Shown: positions 26,818-36,887, counted from the first letter of the stretch. The stretch: DNA of 64,000 nt from Vicinamibacterales bacterium (GCA_038320555.1 JBBQEJ010000002.1:22618-86617); one strand, 5' to 3'. The notes: a model not told the origin generated them from the letters alone. A program made the numbers and translations.

Positions 26818-28236
26818 GTGGATCGTGTGCCGTTGACCGCGGGACACATCGTGGCCGCCACCGGCGGGCGGCTCGTACATGGACGCGCGGATCAGGCGAT
26901 CGACACAATCTCGATCGACTCCCGCAGAGTGGGGGCTGGTGATTTCTTCGTGGCCATCCGCGGCGAGCGCTTCGACGGACATCGCTTCGTTGCCGACTCA
27001 CTGGCGCGCGGAGCGCGTGGCGCGCTGGTCGAGGAGACGGCAGCAGGCACGGCGCAGGCCGCGGCAGGAGGTCATCGAGACGCGGTGCTGATTGCCGTCG
27101 AGGACACGACGCGCGGCCTCCAGGACATCGCGCGCGACGTGCGGCAGCGCTCCGGAACGAAGATCGTCGCGATCACAGGCAGCGCAGGGAAGACGACGAC
27201 AAAGGAAGTCGCGGCGGAATTTCTTTCGACGCGATATCGAGTATTTCGCAACACAGGGAACTTCAACAACCACATCGGCCTGCCGCTCTCGCTCCTCGAG
27301 CTGCGGTCGCGACCTGAGGTGGCGGTGGTCGAGCTCGGCATGAATCACCCCGGAGAAATCCGAACGCTCGTCGGCATCGCGCAGCCGGAGGTCCGGGTGT
27401 GGACCAACGTCGGCGACGCGCACGCCGGATTCTTCGCCTCCACGGACGCGATTGCCGATGCCAAGGGTGAAATCCTGGAGGGTGCACGCACCGGCGACGT
27501 GCTGGTGGCCAACGCCGACGACAGCCGCATCGCCGCGCGGGCCGGTGCCTTTGCCGGACGTGTGATGACGTTCGGGCTCGAGCACTCCGCCGACGTACGC
27601 GCGACCGACATCGAGGAGCGGGGCCTCGACGGCATCGCGGCGCGGGTCCGTACTCCTGTCGGCGATATGGACCTCGAGACGCCGCTCCTCGGCCTGGGCA
27701 ATCTCGCCAACGTGCTCGCGGCGGTTGCCGTCGCCCTGCAATTCGACGTTCCGCTCGACGATGTCGCCGCGGCGGCTGCCGGGCTGCGAGCAGCGCATCG
27801 CCGCGGCGAGTTATTGCGTCTTCCCGGAGGACTCACGCTCATTGACGACTCGTACAACTCCAGTCCGGCGGCGCTCAAGCGTGCCCTGCAGACGATGAAG
27901 ACGGCGAGTGGCAGCGCGCGCAAAATCGCGGTCCTCGGCGAAATGCTCGAGCTCGGCGCCCACGCTACTCGGTTGCACGAAGAGTGCGGCGCCCTGGCGG
28001 CCGCCGTCGGACTCGACCTGCTCATCGCCGTCGGCGGCCCGCCCGCGCGCGCGCTCGCGGATGCGGCGATACGGAGCGGGATGGCGGAATCCTCTGTCGC
28101 CTGGGTCGCGACCAGCGCCGAGGCCGCGGAGTTTGCCGCCGGACGGACACGGCCGGGCGACCTCGTGCTGGTCAAAGGTTCACGCGGCATCGGCACCGAC
28201 GCTGTCGTCGATCGCCTGACGGCGGAGTTCGCCTGA
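26818..28236 (+). CDS. murF: UDP-MurNAc-tripeptide:D-Ala-D-Ala ligase MurF
   Basis: ITGSAGKTTTKE and the Mur ligase layout. Track ORF trimmed to GTG 26818, 5 nt after the murE TAG (GTG 26827 is an alternative). Confidence 0.9.
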   Translation: MDRVPLTAGHIVAATGGRLVHGRADQAIDTISIDSRRVGAGDFFVAIRGERFDGHRFVADSLARGARGALVEETAAGTAQAAAGGHRDAVLIAVEDTTRGLQDIARDVRQRSGTKIVAITGSAGKTTTKEVAAEFLSTRYRVFRNTGNFNNHIGLPLSLLELRSRPEVAVVELGMNHPGEIRTLVGIAQPEVRVWTNVGDAHAGFFASTDAIADAKGEILEGARTGDVLVANADDSRIAARAGAFAGRVMTFGLEHSADVRATDIEERGLDGIAARVRTPVGDMDLETPLLGLGNLANVLAAVAVALQFDVPLDDVAAAAAGLRAAHRRGELLRLPGGLTLIDDSYNSSPAALKRALQTMKTASGSARKIAVLGEMLELGAHATRLHEECGALAAAVGLDLLIAVGGPPARALADAAIRSGMAESSVAWVATSAEAAEFAAGRTRPGDLVLVKGSRGIGTDAVVDRLTAEFA

Positions 28237-29330
28237 TGCTGTATCACCTGCTGTACCCCCTGCACACGCAGTTCGCGGTTTTCAACGTGGCCCGCTACAT
28301 CACGTTTCGCACCGCGGCCGCGAGCCTCAGCGCGCTCGTCATCGGCCTCTTTGTCGGGCCGGTGATGATCAGGAAGCTTCACGATTTCCAGATCGGCCAG
28401 GTCATCCGTCAGGACGGTCCGGCGGCCCACCGCACAAAAGCCGGCACACCGACGATGGGTGGGCTGCTGATTCTGACGTCGGTGCTCGTGCCCACATTGC
28501 TGTGGGCGGACCTGACCGACCCGTTCATCTGGGTGGCGGTGCTCGCGACCCTGGCATTTGGCGGGATAGGGTTTGCCGACGATTACCTCAAGATCGTGCG
28601 GCGATCCCATCACGGGCTGCGGCCGCGCTACAAGATCGGATGGCAGGTCGTTGCAGCGGCGGCGGTTGGACTTGCGCTCCTCCTGCTCGCCAACCATGAG
28701 CCGTCGCTCTACAGCACCCGGCTGATCTTTCCGTTCTTCAAACGGCTGATACCGGATCTCGGATGGTTCTACGTGGCGTTCGCCGTCGTCTTTCTCGTCG
28801 GCGCGACCAACGACGTCAACATGACCGATGGCCTCGACGGCCTGGCGATCAGCGTCTTTGCCGTGTCGGCCGCGGCGTTCACCGGGCTCGCCTACGTGTC
28901 GACTCACGTCGTCTTCTCCAACTACCTGCAACTCGTCCGGCTCAATCCGGAGGCGGCGGAGCTGACCATCTTCTGCGGTGCGCTCGTCGGCGCAAGCCTC
29001 GGGTTCCTCTGGTGGAACTGCTATCCGGCCGAGATCTTCATGGGCGACGTCGGGTCGCTCGGCCTCGGGGGCGCGCTTGGCACGGTGGCGCTGCTCATCA
29101 AGCAGGAGATTCTCTTCGTAGTGGTCGGCGGTGTCTTCGTCATGGAGGCCGCGTCGGTCATCATCCAGGTGGGCTCGTTCAAATTGACGGGGCGGCGTGT
29201 CTTCAAGATGGCGCCGATCCACCACCACTTCGAGCTGATCGGATGGAGCGAACCGAAGGTCATCACCCGGTTCGTGATCATCGCGATCATTTTCGCGTTG
29301 TTCAGCCTGACGACGTTGAAGCTGCGATGA
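28236..29330 (+). CDS. mraY: phospho-MurNAc-pentapeptide translocase MraY
   Basis: MLYHLLYPLHTQFAVFNVARYITFR..., GATNDVNMTDGLDGLA, HHHFEL. The ATG shares one base with the murF TGA. Confidence 0.95.
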   Translation: MLYHLLYPLHTQFAVFNVARYITFRTAAASLSALVIGLFVGPVMIRKLHDFQIGQVIRQDGPAAHRTKAGTPTMGGLLILTSVLVPTLLWADLTDPFIWVAVLATLAFGGIGFADDYLKIVRRSHHGLRPRYKIGWQVVAAAAVGLALLLLANHEPSLYSTRLIFPFFKRLIPDLGWFYVAFAVVFLVGATNDVNMTDGLDGLAISVFAVSAAAFTGLAYVSTHVVFSNYLQLVRLNPEAAELTIFCGALVGASLGFLWWNCYPAEIFMGDVGSLGLGGALGTVALLIKQEILFVVVGGVFVMEAASVIIQVGSFKLTGRRVFKMAPIHHHFELIGWSEPKVITRFVIIAIIFALFSLTTLKLR

Positions 29331-30712
29331 CGATCGATCGCCCATTCTCCGTCCGCGGCAAGCGCGTCACCGTCGTCGGGGCGGCGCGCAGTGGTGTGGC
29401 GGCAGCGGAGCTGCTCGTACGCCGCGGGGCGACCGTCATCCTGACCGACACGCGTACCCATCTGGACGACGAGGATCGTCTTCGAGCGAGCGGCGTGGAT
29501 CTCGAGCTCGGCGGCCATCACGCGTCCACTTTCACCGGAGCGGATCTCATCGTCACCAGTCCGGGCGTGCCGTACCGGCATCCGCTGATCGAGGCGGCCC
29601 GCCACGTCGGCGTCCCCGTGATCGGCGAGCTGGAGCTGGCTTCGCGCTGGCTGCGCGGGAGGATCGTGGCGATCACCGGAACGAAGGGGAAGTCCACCAC
29701 CACGACGCTGACAGGGCGGATGCTCGAGGCCGGCGGTCACCGCGTTCTGGTCGGCGGAAACATCGGCCACGCGCTGAGCGCCCAGGTCGACGAATCAACC
29801 GAGGACACGATTCACGTGATCGAGGCGAGCAGCTTCCAGCTCGAAACGGCCGACACGTTCCATCCCTGGATCGCGGTGCTGCTGAATTTCTTTCCCGACC
29901 ATCTCGATCGTCACGTCACCGTCGAGGAGTACGCGGCGGCAAAGACGCGGATCTTCGCGCACCAGGCCGCCGACGACTGGGCGGTCCTCAATGCCGACGA
30001 CAGCGCGGTGCTTGCGATGGCCGCCGGCGGACGGTCGCAGCAGTTGCTGTTCTCGATGCACGGCGAGCTCTCCCAGGGCATCGTCGTGGAGGGCGATTCG
30101 ATTGTGCGGCGTACCGAGGCAGGGCCCCAGCCCCTCGTGCCGCTGTCGGCGATCCGGCTGCTCGGGCGCCACCTGGTCGCCGACGTGCTCGCGGCATCGG
30201 CGGTGGCGTGGCTGGCCGGGGTCGACGCCGCGGCGATGACGCGTGCGGTCGAAGGGTTTTCGGGTCTCGAACACGCGCTCGAACCGGTCGGTGAGGTGGG
30301 GGGCGTGCACTTCGTGAACGACTCGAAAGCCACCAACATCGAGGCCGCGCGGCGCGCGATCGAAAGTTTCGATGAGGGCCTCGTCGTGATTCTCGGCGGA
30401 CGCTTCAAGGGCGGCGACTTCCGCGACCTGATCGAACCGCTTCAGTCCCGGCGAGGCACCGTCGTGGCCATCGGTGAATCACGGGCGCTCATCGCGGATG
30501 CACTCGGGGGCCAGGTCGAGCTACACGAGTCATCGGACATGTCGTCGGCCGTCAGAACCGCGTTCGCCTCGGCGTCGCCCGGGCGGACCGTGGTGCTCGC
30601 GCCCGCCTGCGCGAGCTTCGACATGTTCCGCGATTACGCGGAGCGCGGGCGCGTGTTCAAGCAGGAAGTGCTGCGGTTGCAGGAGGAGTGGAATGTCACG
30701 CGTGAGCAGTGA
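29327..30712 (+). CDS. murD: UDP-MurNAc-L-Ala:D-Glu ligase MurD
   Basis: VTVVGAARSGVAAAELL and ITGTKGKSTTT. ATGA overlap with mraY. Confidence 0.95.
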   Translation: MTIDRPFSVRGKRVTVVGAARSGVAAAELLVRRGATVILTDTRTHLDDEDRLRASGVDLELGGHHASTFTGADLIVTSPGVPYRHPLIEAARHVGVPVIGELELASRWLRGRIVAITGTKGKSTTTTLTGRMLEAGGHRVLVGGNIGHALSAQVDESTEDTIHVIEASSFQLETADTFHPWIAVLLNFFPDHLDRHVTVEEYAAAKTRIFAHQAADDWAVLNADDSAVLAMAAGGRSQQLLFSMHGELSQGIVVEGDSIVRRTEAGPQPLVPLSAIRLLGRHLVADVLAASAVAWLAGVDAAAMTRAVEGFSGLEHALEPVGEVGGVHFVNDSKATNIEAARRAIESFDEGLVVILGGRFKGGDFRDLIEPLQSRRGTVVAIGESRALIADALGGQVELHESSDMSSAVRTAFASASPGRTVVLAPACASFDMFRDYAERGRVFKQEVLRLQEEWNVTREQ

Positions 30713-30882
30713 GCAGTCATCAGTCCGGTCGGTGCGGTGAAGAACCGTCCGCTGGGAACGCAGGCTGCCCCGGTCTGCGAGGGTGGTGTCTTAGCCCCCG
30801 TCCGGCTGATGACTGCTGACTGCTTACGCTGACAATTCATAGCGGCTAGCGGCTAGCGATTAGCGGCTAGCGCTCAGCGACT
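30704..30882. repeat. inverted heptamer arrays (30704-30724 / 30805-30825) plus six tandem TAGCGGC-type heptamers (30841-30882)
   Basis: gagcagt gagcagt catcagt overlaps the murD stop. Its complement ctgatgactgctgactgct lies 80 nt downstream. Then agcggct agcggct agcgatt agcggct agcgctc agcgact follows. Confidence 0.75.
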
Positions 30883-30998
30883 GCGGCATCTGGCTCGCGG
30901 TCGCGGGTGCAGTTTCGTGCACCCTCCGTGTGCGCCCGTTGCGCACCGTCAGGGTGGTTGTCGGTCCGACTCGGCCGGACCTTTAGGCGGCGAAAAGT

Positions 30999-32132
30999 AT
31001 GGCGCGGAAGCTGAAATCCGACAAGTTGCTGTTCACGGCCACGCTGCTGCTCGTGTGTACGAGCGTCGTGATGGTGTACAGCGCCTCGGCGGTCGTCGCG
31101 ATGGAGAACAACGGCGATCCTTATTTGTATCTGTTCAAGCAGGGGACGTGGGCGTTGCTCGGCCTGGTCCTCGTTCCGGTGATGATGCGGATCGATTACC
31201 GCCGCTACCGGGAGCCGGCCGTGATCTGGGTCGGGCTCGTCATGGTGTCGCTCGCGCTCGTGGCCGTGCTCTTCGGCCACGCGAGAAATGGCGCGACACG
31301 CTGGATCGGCTTCGGACCGCTGGGCGTGCAACCGTCGGAGCTCGCCAAGATTGTCGTCATCGTGTTCATGGCGGCGCTGCTCGAGCGGCGGATGGATCGC
31401 ATCGACGAACCGCTGTACGCGCTCCTGCCGATCGGCGTCGTGCTCGCCATCATTGTCAGCTTGATTCTCGCTGAGCCCGATCTGGGAACGTCGGTGTCGG
31501 TCCTCGTGATTGCCGCGGTCATGATTTTCGCCGCGGGGATCAACTACCGGTACGTGGCGGGTGTCTTCGTCGCCTCGCTGCCGGCCTTGTATTTCCTGCT
31601 GGCGTTTTCGGATTACCGCCGGCGGCGGGTGCTTGCGTTCCTGAACCCCTGGGCGGATCCGCTTGGCGACGGCTTCCAGATGATTCAGTCCATGATTGCC
31701 GTCGGCACGGGCGGCATCTTCGGCCGCGGCCTGATGGGCGGCGTGCAGAAGCTCTTCTACCTGCCGGAGCCGCACAACGACTTCATCTACGCGGTCATCT
31801 CCGAGGAGCTCGGATTCATCGGGGCCACGGTGGTGCTCGCATGCTTCTGCGTGATCACGTGGCGCGGCCTTCGCACCGCCCTGCGCGCACCCGACCGCTT
31901 CGGCGCGTTCCTCGCGCTGGGGTTGACCACGATGGTCGCCTTCCAGGCGTTCTTCAACGTCAGCGTGGTGCTTGGGCTGCTGCCCACCAAGGGTATTCCG
32001 CTGCCGTTCGTGAGCTACGGTGGTTCGTCGCTGCTCATCAATCTTGTAGGAATGGGGATTCTGCTGAACGTGTCGCAGCACACGTCCTCGACGCACGTCA
32101 TCACGACGACACTCCGTGCGCAGGATGCATGA
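30999..32132 (+). CDS. ftsW: peptidoglycan glycosyltransferase FtsW (SEDS family)
   Basis: 377 aa, multi-TM. LLFTATLLLVCTSVVMVYSAS, PEPHNDFIYAVISEELG, LPTKGIPLPFVSYGGSS. Confidence 0.95.
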   Translation: MARKLKSDKLLFTATLLLVCTSVVMVYSASAVVAMENNGDPYLYLFKQGTWALLGLVLVPVMMRIDYRRYREPAVIWVGLVMVSLALVAVLFGHARNGATRWIGFGPLGVQPSELAKIVVIVFMAALLERRMDRIDEPLYALLPIGVVLAIIVSLILAEPDLGTSVSVLVIAAVMIFAAGINYRYVAGVFVASLPALYFLLAFSDYRRRRVLAFLNPWADPLGDGFQMIQSMIAVGTGGIFGRGLMGGVQKLFYLPEPHNDFIYAVISEELGFIGATVVLACFCVITWRGLRTALRAPDRFGAFLALGLTTMVAFQAFFNVSVVLGLLPTKGIPLPFVSYGGSSLLINLVGMGILLNVSQHTSSTHVITTTLRAQDA

Positions 32133-33235
32133 CGCCCCTTCGCATCGTGATCGCGGGCGGCGGCACCGGCGGCCACCTGTATCCGGGCATCGCGGTCGCG
32201 CGCGAGCTGCTGCGCCGCCGTCCGGACGCGCGCATTACGTTTGCGGGAACCGCGCGCGGAATCGAATCGCGCGTGGTCCCGAAGGAAGGATTCGAGCTCG
32301 ACACCCTGCGCAGCACGGGACTGAAAGGCACGTCGCTCGCGGCCCGCGTCAGGGGACTGCTGTTGATTCCGTTGAGCGGTATCGACGCGTGGTCGATCGT
32401 GTCGCGCCGGATGCCGGATCTGGTGATTGGCGTGGGCGGGTACAGCTCGGGGCCGGTGGTGCTGATCGCGTCGGTGCGCCGCATCCCGACGCTTCTGCTC
32501 GAGCAGAATGCAGTGCCCGGCCTGACGAACCGGCTGCTTGCGCGCGCCGTCAGCGCCGCGGCCGTGACGTTCGAATCGACGGCGGTCTATTTCGGAGGGA
32601 GGGCAATTGTCGCAGGCAACCCGGTTCGGTCCGAGTTCATGTCGGAAAACCCCGCCCCCGGAGCGCGTGCCGCGGGGCCCTCGAGGGTTTTGATCTTTGG
32701 CGGCTCCCAGGGCTCGCACGCGATCAACGTGGCCATGGTGGAAGCGGCGGCGCAACTGGCAACCCACCCTGGCGGGATGGCAATCACGCATCAAACAGGA
32801 GAGCGCGATCTGGAACTGGTGCGCGACGGGTACCGGCGGGCGGGGCTCGAGGCCCGCGTTGAGCCGTTCCTGTTCGCTATGGACAGGGAAATAAAAGCAG
32901 CCGACCTCGTCGTCTGCCGGGCCGGCGCGACGACGATCGCAGAGCTGACGGCAGCGGGGCGGCCGGCGGTGCTCGTGCCGTTGCCGACCGCCGCCGACGA
33001 TCACCAGCGGAAGAACGCCGAGATTCTGGTGGCCGCGGGTGCGGCGGAGACGTTGGAACAAGAGACGCTGAATGGGACGCGGCTGGCCGCGCGGATCACC
33101 GCGCTCCTCGGCAGCCCCGGGCGGCTCGCGGAGATGTCGGCCGCGGCGCGGCGACTCGCGCGGCCGGACGCCGCGCGCGTGATTGCGGACAAGGCGCTCG
33201 AGCTCGCCGGTGCTCGGACGCGAAACGGTAATTGA
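32129..33235 (+). CDS. murG: UDP-GlcNAc:lipid I GlcNAc transferase MurG
   Basis: IVIAGGGTGGHLYPGIAVAREL and ADDHQRKNAE. ATGA overlap with ftsW. Confidence 0.95.
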   Translation: MTPLRIVIAGGGTGGHLYPGIAVARELLRRRPDARITFAGTARGIESRVVPKEGFELDTLRSTGLKGTSLAARVRGLLLIPLSGIDAWSIVSRRMPDLVIGVGGYSSGPVVLIASVRRIPTLLLEQNAVPGLTNRLLARAVSAAAVTFESTAVYFGGRAIVAGNPVRSEFMSENPAPGARAAGPSRVLIFGGSQGSHAINVAMVEAAAQLATHPGGMAITHQTGERDLELVRDGYRRAGLEARVEPFLFAMDREIKAADLVVCRAGATTIAELTAAGRPAVLVPLPTAADDHQRKNAEILVAAGAAETLEQETLNGTRLAARITALLGSPGRLAEMSAAARRLARPDAARVIADKALELAGARTRNGN

Positions 33236-33261
33236 GGATTGAAAACCACGAACCAACGCCC

Positions 33262-34734
33262 ATGCTCGGCCGCACTCGAAGGATTCATTTCGTCGGCGTC
33301 GGCGGTATCGGGATGAGCGGCATCGCCGAACTGCTCGCCAACCTCGGGTACGAGGTGGCCGGATCGGACGTGAAACGATCCGACGTCACCGATCGGCTCG
33401 AAACGCTCGGGGTCCGCCTGTGGTCCGGGCACGACGCCGCCCACGTTGGTGCGGCCGACGTCGTCGTGGTGTCGTCGGCGATTCGCTCCGACAACCCGGA
33501 GGTTGCCGAAGCCAGGCGACGGAATATTCCGGTGATTCCGCGTGCCGAGATGCTCGCCGAGTTGATGCGGCTGCGCTACGGCATCGCGATCGCGGGGGCC
33601 CATGGCAAGACCACCACCACGTCGATGGTGGCGCTGATTCTCGAGCGTGCCGGGCTCGATCCGACGGCCGTCATCGGCGGCCGGCTCAGCGCCTTCGGCA
33701 GCAACGCACGCCTGGGCAGCGGCGATTACATGGTCGTCGAAGCGGATGAAAGCGATCGCTCTTTTCTCAAGCTGTCGCCCTCGATCGCGGTCATCACGAA
33801 CCTCGATCGGGAGCACATGGAGAGTTACGGCAGCTGGGAGAACCTGCAGCAGGCCTTCGCCGACTTCGCCAACAAAGTGCCGTTCTACGGCGTGGTCGTG
33901 GCGTGCGCGGACGATGCGGCTGTCAGAGAGCTTCTGCCGAAACTGACGTGCCGTGTCATCACCTACGGCCTGAATGGCCGGCGCGCCGACATCGTCGGCA
34001 GGAACATGCGGCTCGAGGCGTTCGGATCGGCGTGCGACGTGGTTCAGCAGCAGGCTGACGGGATCTCGAAAGACCTCGGCCAGGTTCGGCTTCGCGTGCC
34101 CGGCCGGCACAACCTGCTGAACGCGCTGGGCGCCATCGCGGTAGGGCTCGAAGCGGCCGTACCGTTTGCACGGATCGTCGCGGCGCTCGAGGAATTTCGC
34201 GGCGCCGAGCGCCGCTTTCAGATGCGCGGCGAAGCTCGCGGCGTGATGGTTGTAGACGACTACGGGCATCACCCGACGGAAATTAGCGCCGTCATCGACG
34301 CGGCGCGAGCCGGTATCGACCGGCGGGTCGTCGTGGTTTTTCAGCCGCACCGGTACTCGCGGACCAGCCAGTTGCTGCCTGAATTCGGTCTGGCGCTCGC
34401 CGCGGCGGATGAGGTCGTACTCACGGACATCTATGCCGCAGGAGAAACGCCGCTTGAAGGGGTGACCATCGAGGCCGTTGCAGCCGCCGTGCGCGCGGTG
34501 GGCTCCTGCCCCGTCCACGTCGTGAAGAACATCGACGCGTTGCCGGCCGCTGTCTCCGCGCTCGCGCGCGACGGGGATCTCGTGATCACGCTTGGCGCCG
34601 GATCGATTGGAACCGTCGCCGATCGGATTCTCGACCAACTGCGGGGCAGTCAGGCAGCGGGTGGAGACCGGTCCGCCGAAGCCGGAGGGAAAGAGGCGGA
34701 CAGGTCGGACGAAGCCGGAGGCGAAGTCGGATGA
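33262..34734 (+). CDS. murC: UDP-MurNAc:L-Ala ligase MurC (with short low-complexity C-terminal tail)
   Basis: IHFVGVGGIGMSGIAELL and GAHGKTTTTSM. ATG 33262 is preferred over TTG 33232. Confidence 0.95.
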   Translation: MLGRTRRIHFVGVGGIGMSGIAELLANLGYEVAGSDVKRSDVTDRLETLGVRLWSGHDAAHVGAADVVVVSSAIRSDNPEVAEARRRNIPVIPRAEMLAELMRLRYGIAIAGAHGKTTTTSMVALILERAGLDPTAVIGGRLSAFGSNARLGSGDYMVVEADESDRSFLKLSPSIAVITNLDREHMESYGSWENLQQAFADFANKVPFYGVVVACADDAAVRELLPKLTCRVITYGLNGRRADIVGRNMRLEAFGSACDVVQQQADGISKDLGQVRLRVPGRHNLLNALGAIAVGLEAAVPFARIVAALEEFRGAERRFQMRGEARGVMVVDDYGHHPTEISAVIDAARAGIDRRVVVVFQPHRYSRTSQLLPEFGLALAAADEVVLTDIYAAGETPLEGVTIEAVAAAVRAVGSCPVHVVKNIDALPAAVSALARDGDLVITLGAGSIGTVADRILDQLRGSQAAGGDRSAEAGGKEADRSDEAGGEVG

Positions 34735-35561
34735 GTGTCAAGGCGCCATCCGAGAAAAACTTTCGTCGCGCGCGCGCCAGGCCGGTGCGGCGCAAGGGGA
34801 GCCGCGGCTGGGGATCGTGGCGCGCCGTCGGCCACGTCGTCTGCGCCGCGCTGGGCGTGTACGCCGCGTACCGGGCATTCGATCTGGCCGTGAGCGCGTC
34901 GGCGCTGCGAGTCCGGCAGATTTCGGTGCACGGCAATGTGCGGCTGTCGGCGGGAGAAGTGCAGACGCTCGTGGGCAACCTCCGCGGCACGAGCATCCTG
35001 ACCGCTGACCTGCCAGCCTCCCGCCGGCGCCTGCTCCTCTCGCCATGGGTCGCCGACGTCGCGCTGCGGCGCGTGCTGCCGTCGACGGTCGAAGTCTTCG
35101 TGTCGGAGCGGCGTCCGATGGGCCTGTGCCGGATAGGAAATCAAATGTACCTGGTTGATCGGCTCGGCATCGTGATCGACGAATTCGGACCGCAGTACGC
35201 GGAGTTCGATCTGCCGATTATCGACGGCCTCGTGCGACCCTCCTCGTCCGCCGAGCCGGCACTCGACGAGCGGCGGGCCGACCTTGCCGCGCGCGTGATC
35301 GACGCCATGGCCTCGCAGAAGGATCTCGCACAACGCGTGTCCCAGATCGATGTCGCCGATCTGCACGATGCCGTGGTGCTGCTCGACGGGGACCAGGCGC
35401 TGCTGCATCTCGGCGAGGATCGGTTCCTCGAGCGGTTGCAGTCGTATCTGGATGTCGCGTCGGCTCTGCGCGAGCGGGTGGCGGACATCGATTACGTGGA
35501 TCTCAGGTTTGATCAGCGGATGTACGTCAGGTCCGTCACGGTCAAACACAAGCAGCCCTGA
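34731..35561 (+). CDS. ftsQ: cell division protein FtsQ
   Basis: Basic N-terminus, TM helix VVCAALGVYAAY, and POTRA region VRQISVHGNVRLSAGEV. ATGA overlap with murC. Confidence 0.85.
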   Translation: MSVKAPSEKNFRRARARPVRRKGSRGWGSWRAVGHVVCAALGVYAAYRAFDLAVSASALRVRQISVHGNVRLSAGEVQTLVGNLRGTSILTADLPASRRRLLLSPWVADVALRRVLPSTVEVFVSERRPMGLCRIGNQMYLVDRLGIVIDEFGPQYAEFDLPIIDGLVRPSSSAEPALDERRADLAARVIDAMASQKDLAQRVSQIDVADLHDAVVLLDGDQALLHLGEDRFLERLQSYLDVASALRERVADIDYVDLRFDQRMYVRSVTVKHKQP

Positions 35562-35649
35562 TTGCCCCCGCCACGACGACGCTCGTCGAGGGAATCGGGG
35601 CGGCAGAGGCTGGTCGGTGAACGAGAGCGGCAGAAACGGGGGACCTCAG

Positions 35650-36885
35650 GTGGCACGCAAGGAACGATACCTGGTCGGGCTGGACGTCGGGACGTCGAAG
35701 ATCTCCGCTATCGTCGGCGAGATCACCGACGACGGCGGGCTCGACATCATCGGGATCGGCCAGGCCGACTCGCGCGGCATCAGACGCGGCGTCGTCGTCA
35801 ATCTGGAAGCCGCAGTCGAATCCATCAAGAAGGCCATCGACGAGGCCGAATTGACGGCGGGCGCCGAGATCGATTCCGTCCACCTCGGGCTGTCAGGCGC
35901 GCACGTGAAAGCATTCAACAGCCGCGGGGTCGTGGCCGTTGCGGGGAAGAATCGTGAGATCACGCGCGAGGATGTCCGGCGCGCCATAGACGCCGCGAAG
36001 GCCGTCGCGCTGCCGAGTGGCCGCGAGATTCTGCACGTGCTCCCGCAGGACTTCGTCGTGGACGAGCAGGACGGCATCGGCGCTCCCATCGGCATGACGG
36101 GAACCAGACTCGAAGTCAACGTGCACGTTGTGACGGGCAGCGCCTCGTCCACACAGAACATCGTGGCGTGCGTGAACCGGGCCGGCGTGGGCGTCATCGA
36201 GACCGTGCTCGAGCAGCTCGCTGCCAGTGAGTCGGTGCTGACCCACGACGAGAAGGAGCTCGGCGTGGCGATCGTGGACATCGGCGGCGGCACGACCGAC
36301 TTTGCGATCTTCGAGCGCGGAAGCCTCTGGCACACCGGCGTCGTGGCCGTCGGCGGCGATCACTTCACCAACGATATTGCCGTCGGGTTGAGAACTCCGA
36401 TTCCCGACGCGGAAAAAATCAAGCGCCGCTGCGGCTGCGCGTTGTCCGCCATGGTCGATGAAGACGAGACGATTGAGGTTGCGAGCGTGGGCGGACGCAA
36501 GGCCCGGGTGATGGCGCGCCGCATTCTCTCGGAGATTCTCCAGCCGCGCGCCGAGGAGATCTTTCATCTGTTGTGGGATGAGATCCGCCGCGCGGGGTTC
36601 GAGAAGTCGCTGAACTCGGGCATCGTGCTGACCGGTGGCGGCGCGATGCTCGAGGGCATGGCGGAGATCGGCGAGCAGATTTTCGATCTGCCGATCCGGC
36701 GCGGTGCGCCGGCGGTCGCCGGCGGGCTGGCCGACCATGTCAACAGCCCGGCGTACGCGACCGCTGTCGGACTGGTCATGTATGCGCATCGCAATCATGT
36801 CGGCGAGGTGGCGCGCCCGGTCGGCGCGGGCGCGTTCGGGCGCGTGGCCGGCCGACTGCGTACGCTGTTCAAGGAATTCTTCTAA
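35650..36885 (+). CDS. ftsA: cell division protein FtsA
   Basis: YLVGLDVGTSKISAIVGE and DIGGGTTDFAIF. C-terminal amphipathic GRLRTLFKEFF. Track ORF trimmed to GTG 35650 (GTG 35617 is an alternative). Confidence 0.9.
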   Translation: MARKERYLVGLDVGTSKISAIVGEITDDGGLDIIGIGQADSRGIRRGVVVNLEAAVESIKKAIDEAELTAGAEIDSVHLGLSGAHVKAFNSRGVVAVAGKNREITREDVRRAIDAAKAVALPSGREILHVLPQDFVVDEQDGIGAPIGMTGTRLEVNVHVVTGSASSTQNIVACVNRAGVGVIETVLEQLAASESVLTHDEKELGVAIVDIGGGTTDFAIFERGSLWHTGVVAVGGDHFTNDIAVGLRTPIPDAEKIKRRCGCALSAMVDEDETIEVASVGGRKARVMARRILSEILQPRAEEIFHLLWDEIRRAGFEKSLNSGIVLTGGGAMLEGMAEIGEQIFDLPIRRGAPAVAGGLADHVNSPAYATAVGLVMYAHRNHVGEVARPVGAGAFGRVAGRLRTLFKEFF

Positions 36886-36887
36886 GC

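Noticed and set aside
23185-29345. Long minus-strand ORFs across ftsI-murE-murF-mraY (587, 620 and 666 aa)
   Set aside because: They are antisense shadows of unambiguous dcw genes, with low-complexity Arg/Asp/Gly/His-rich translations.
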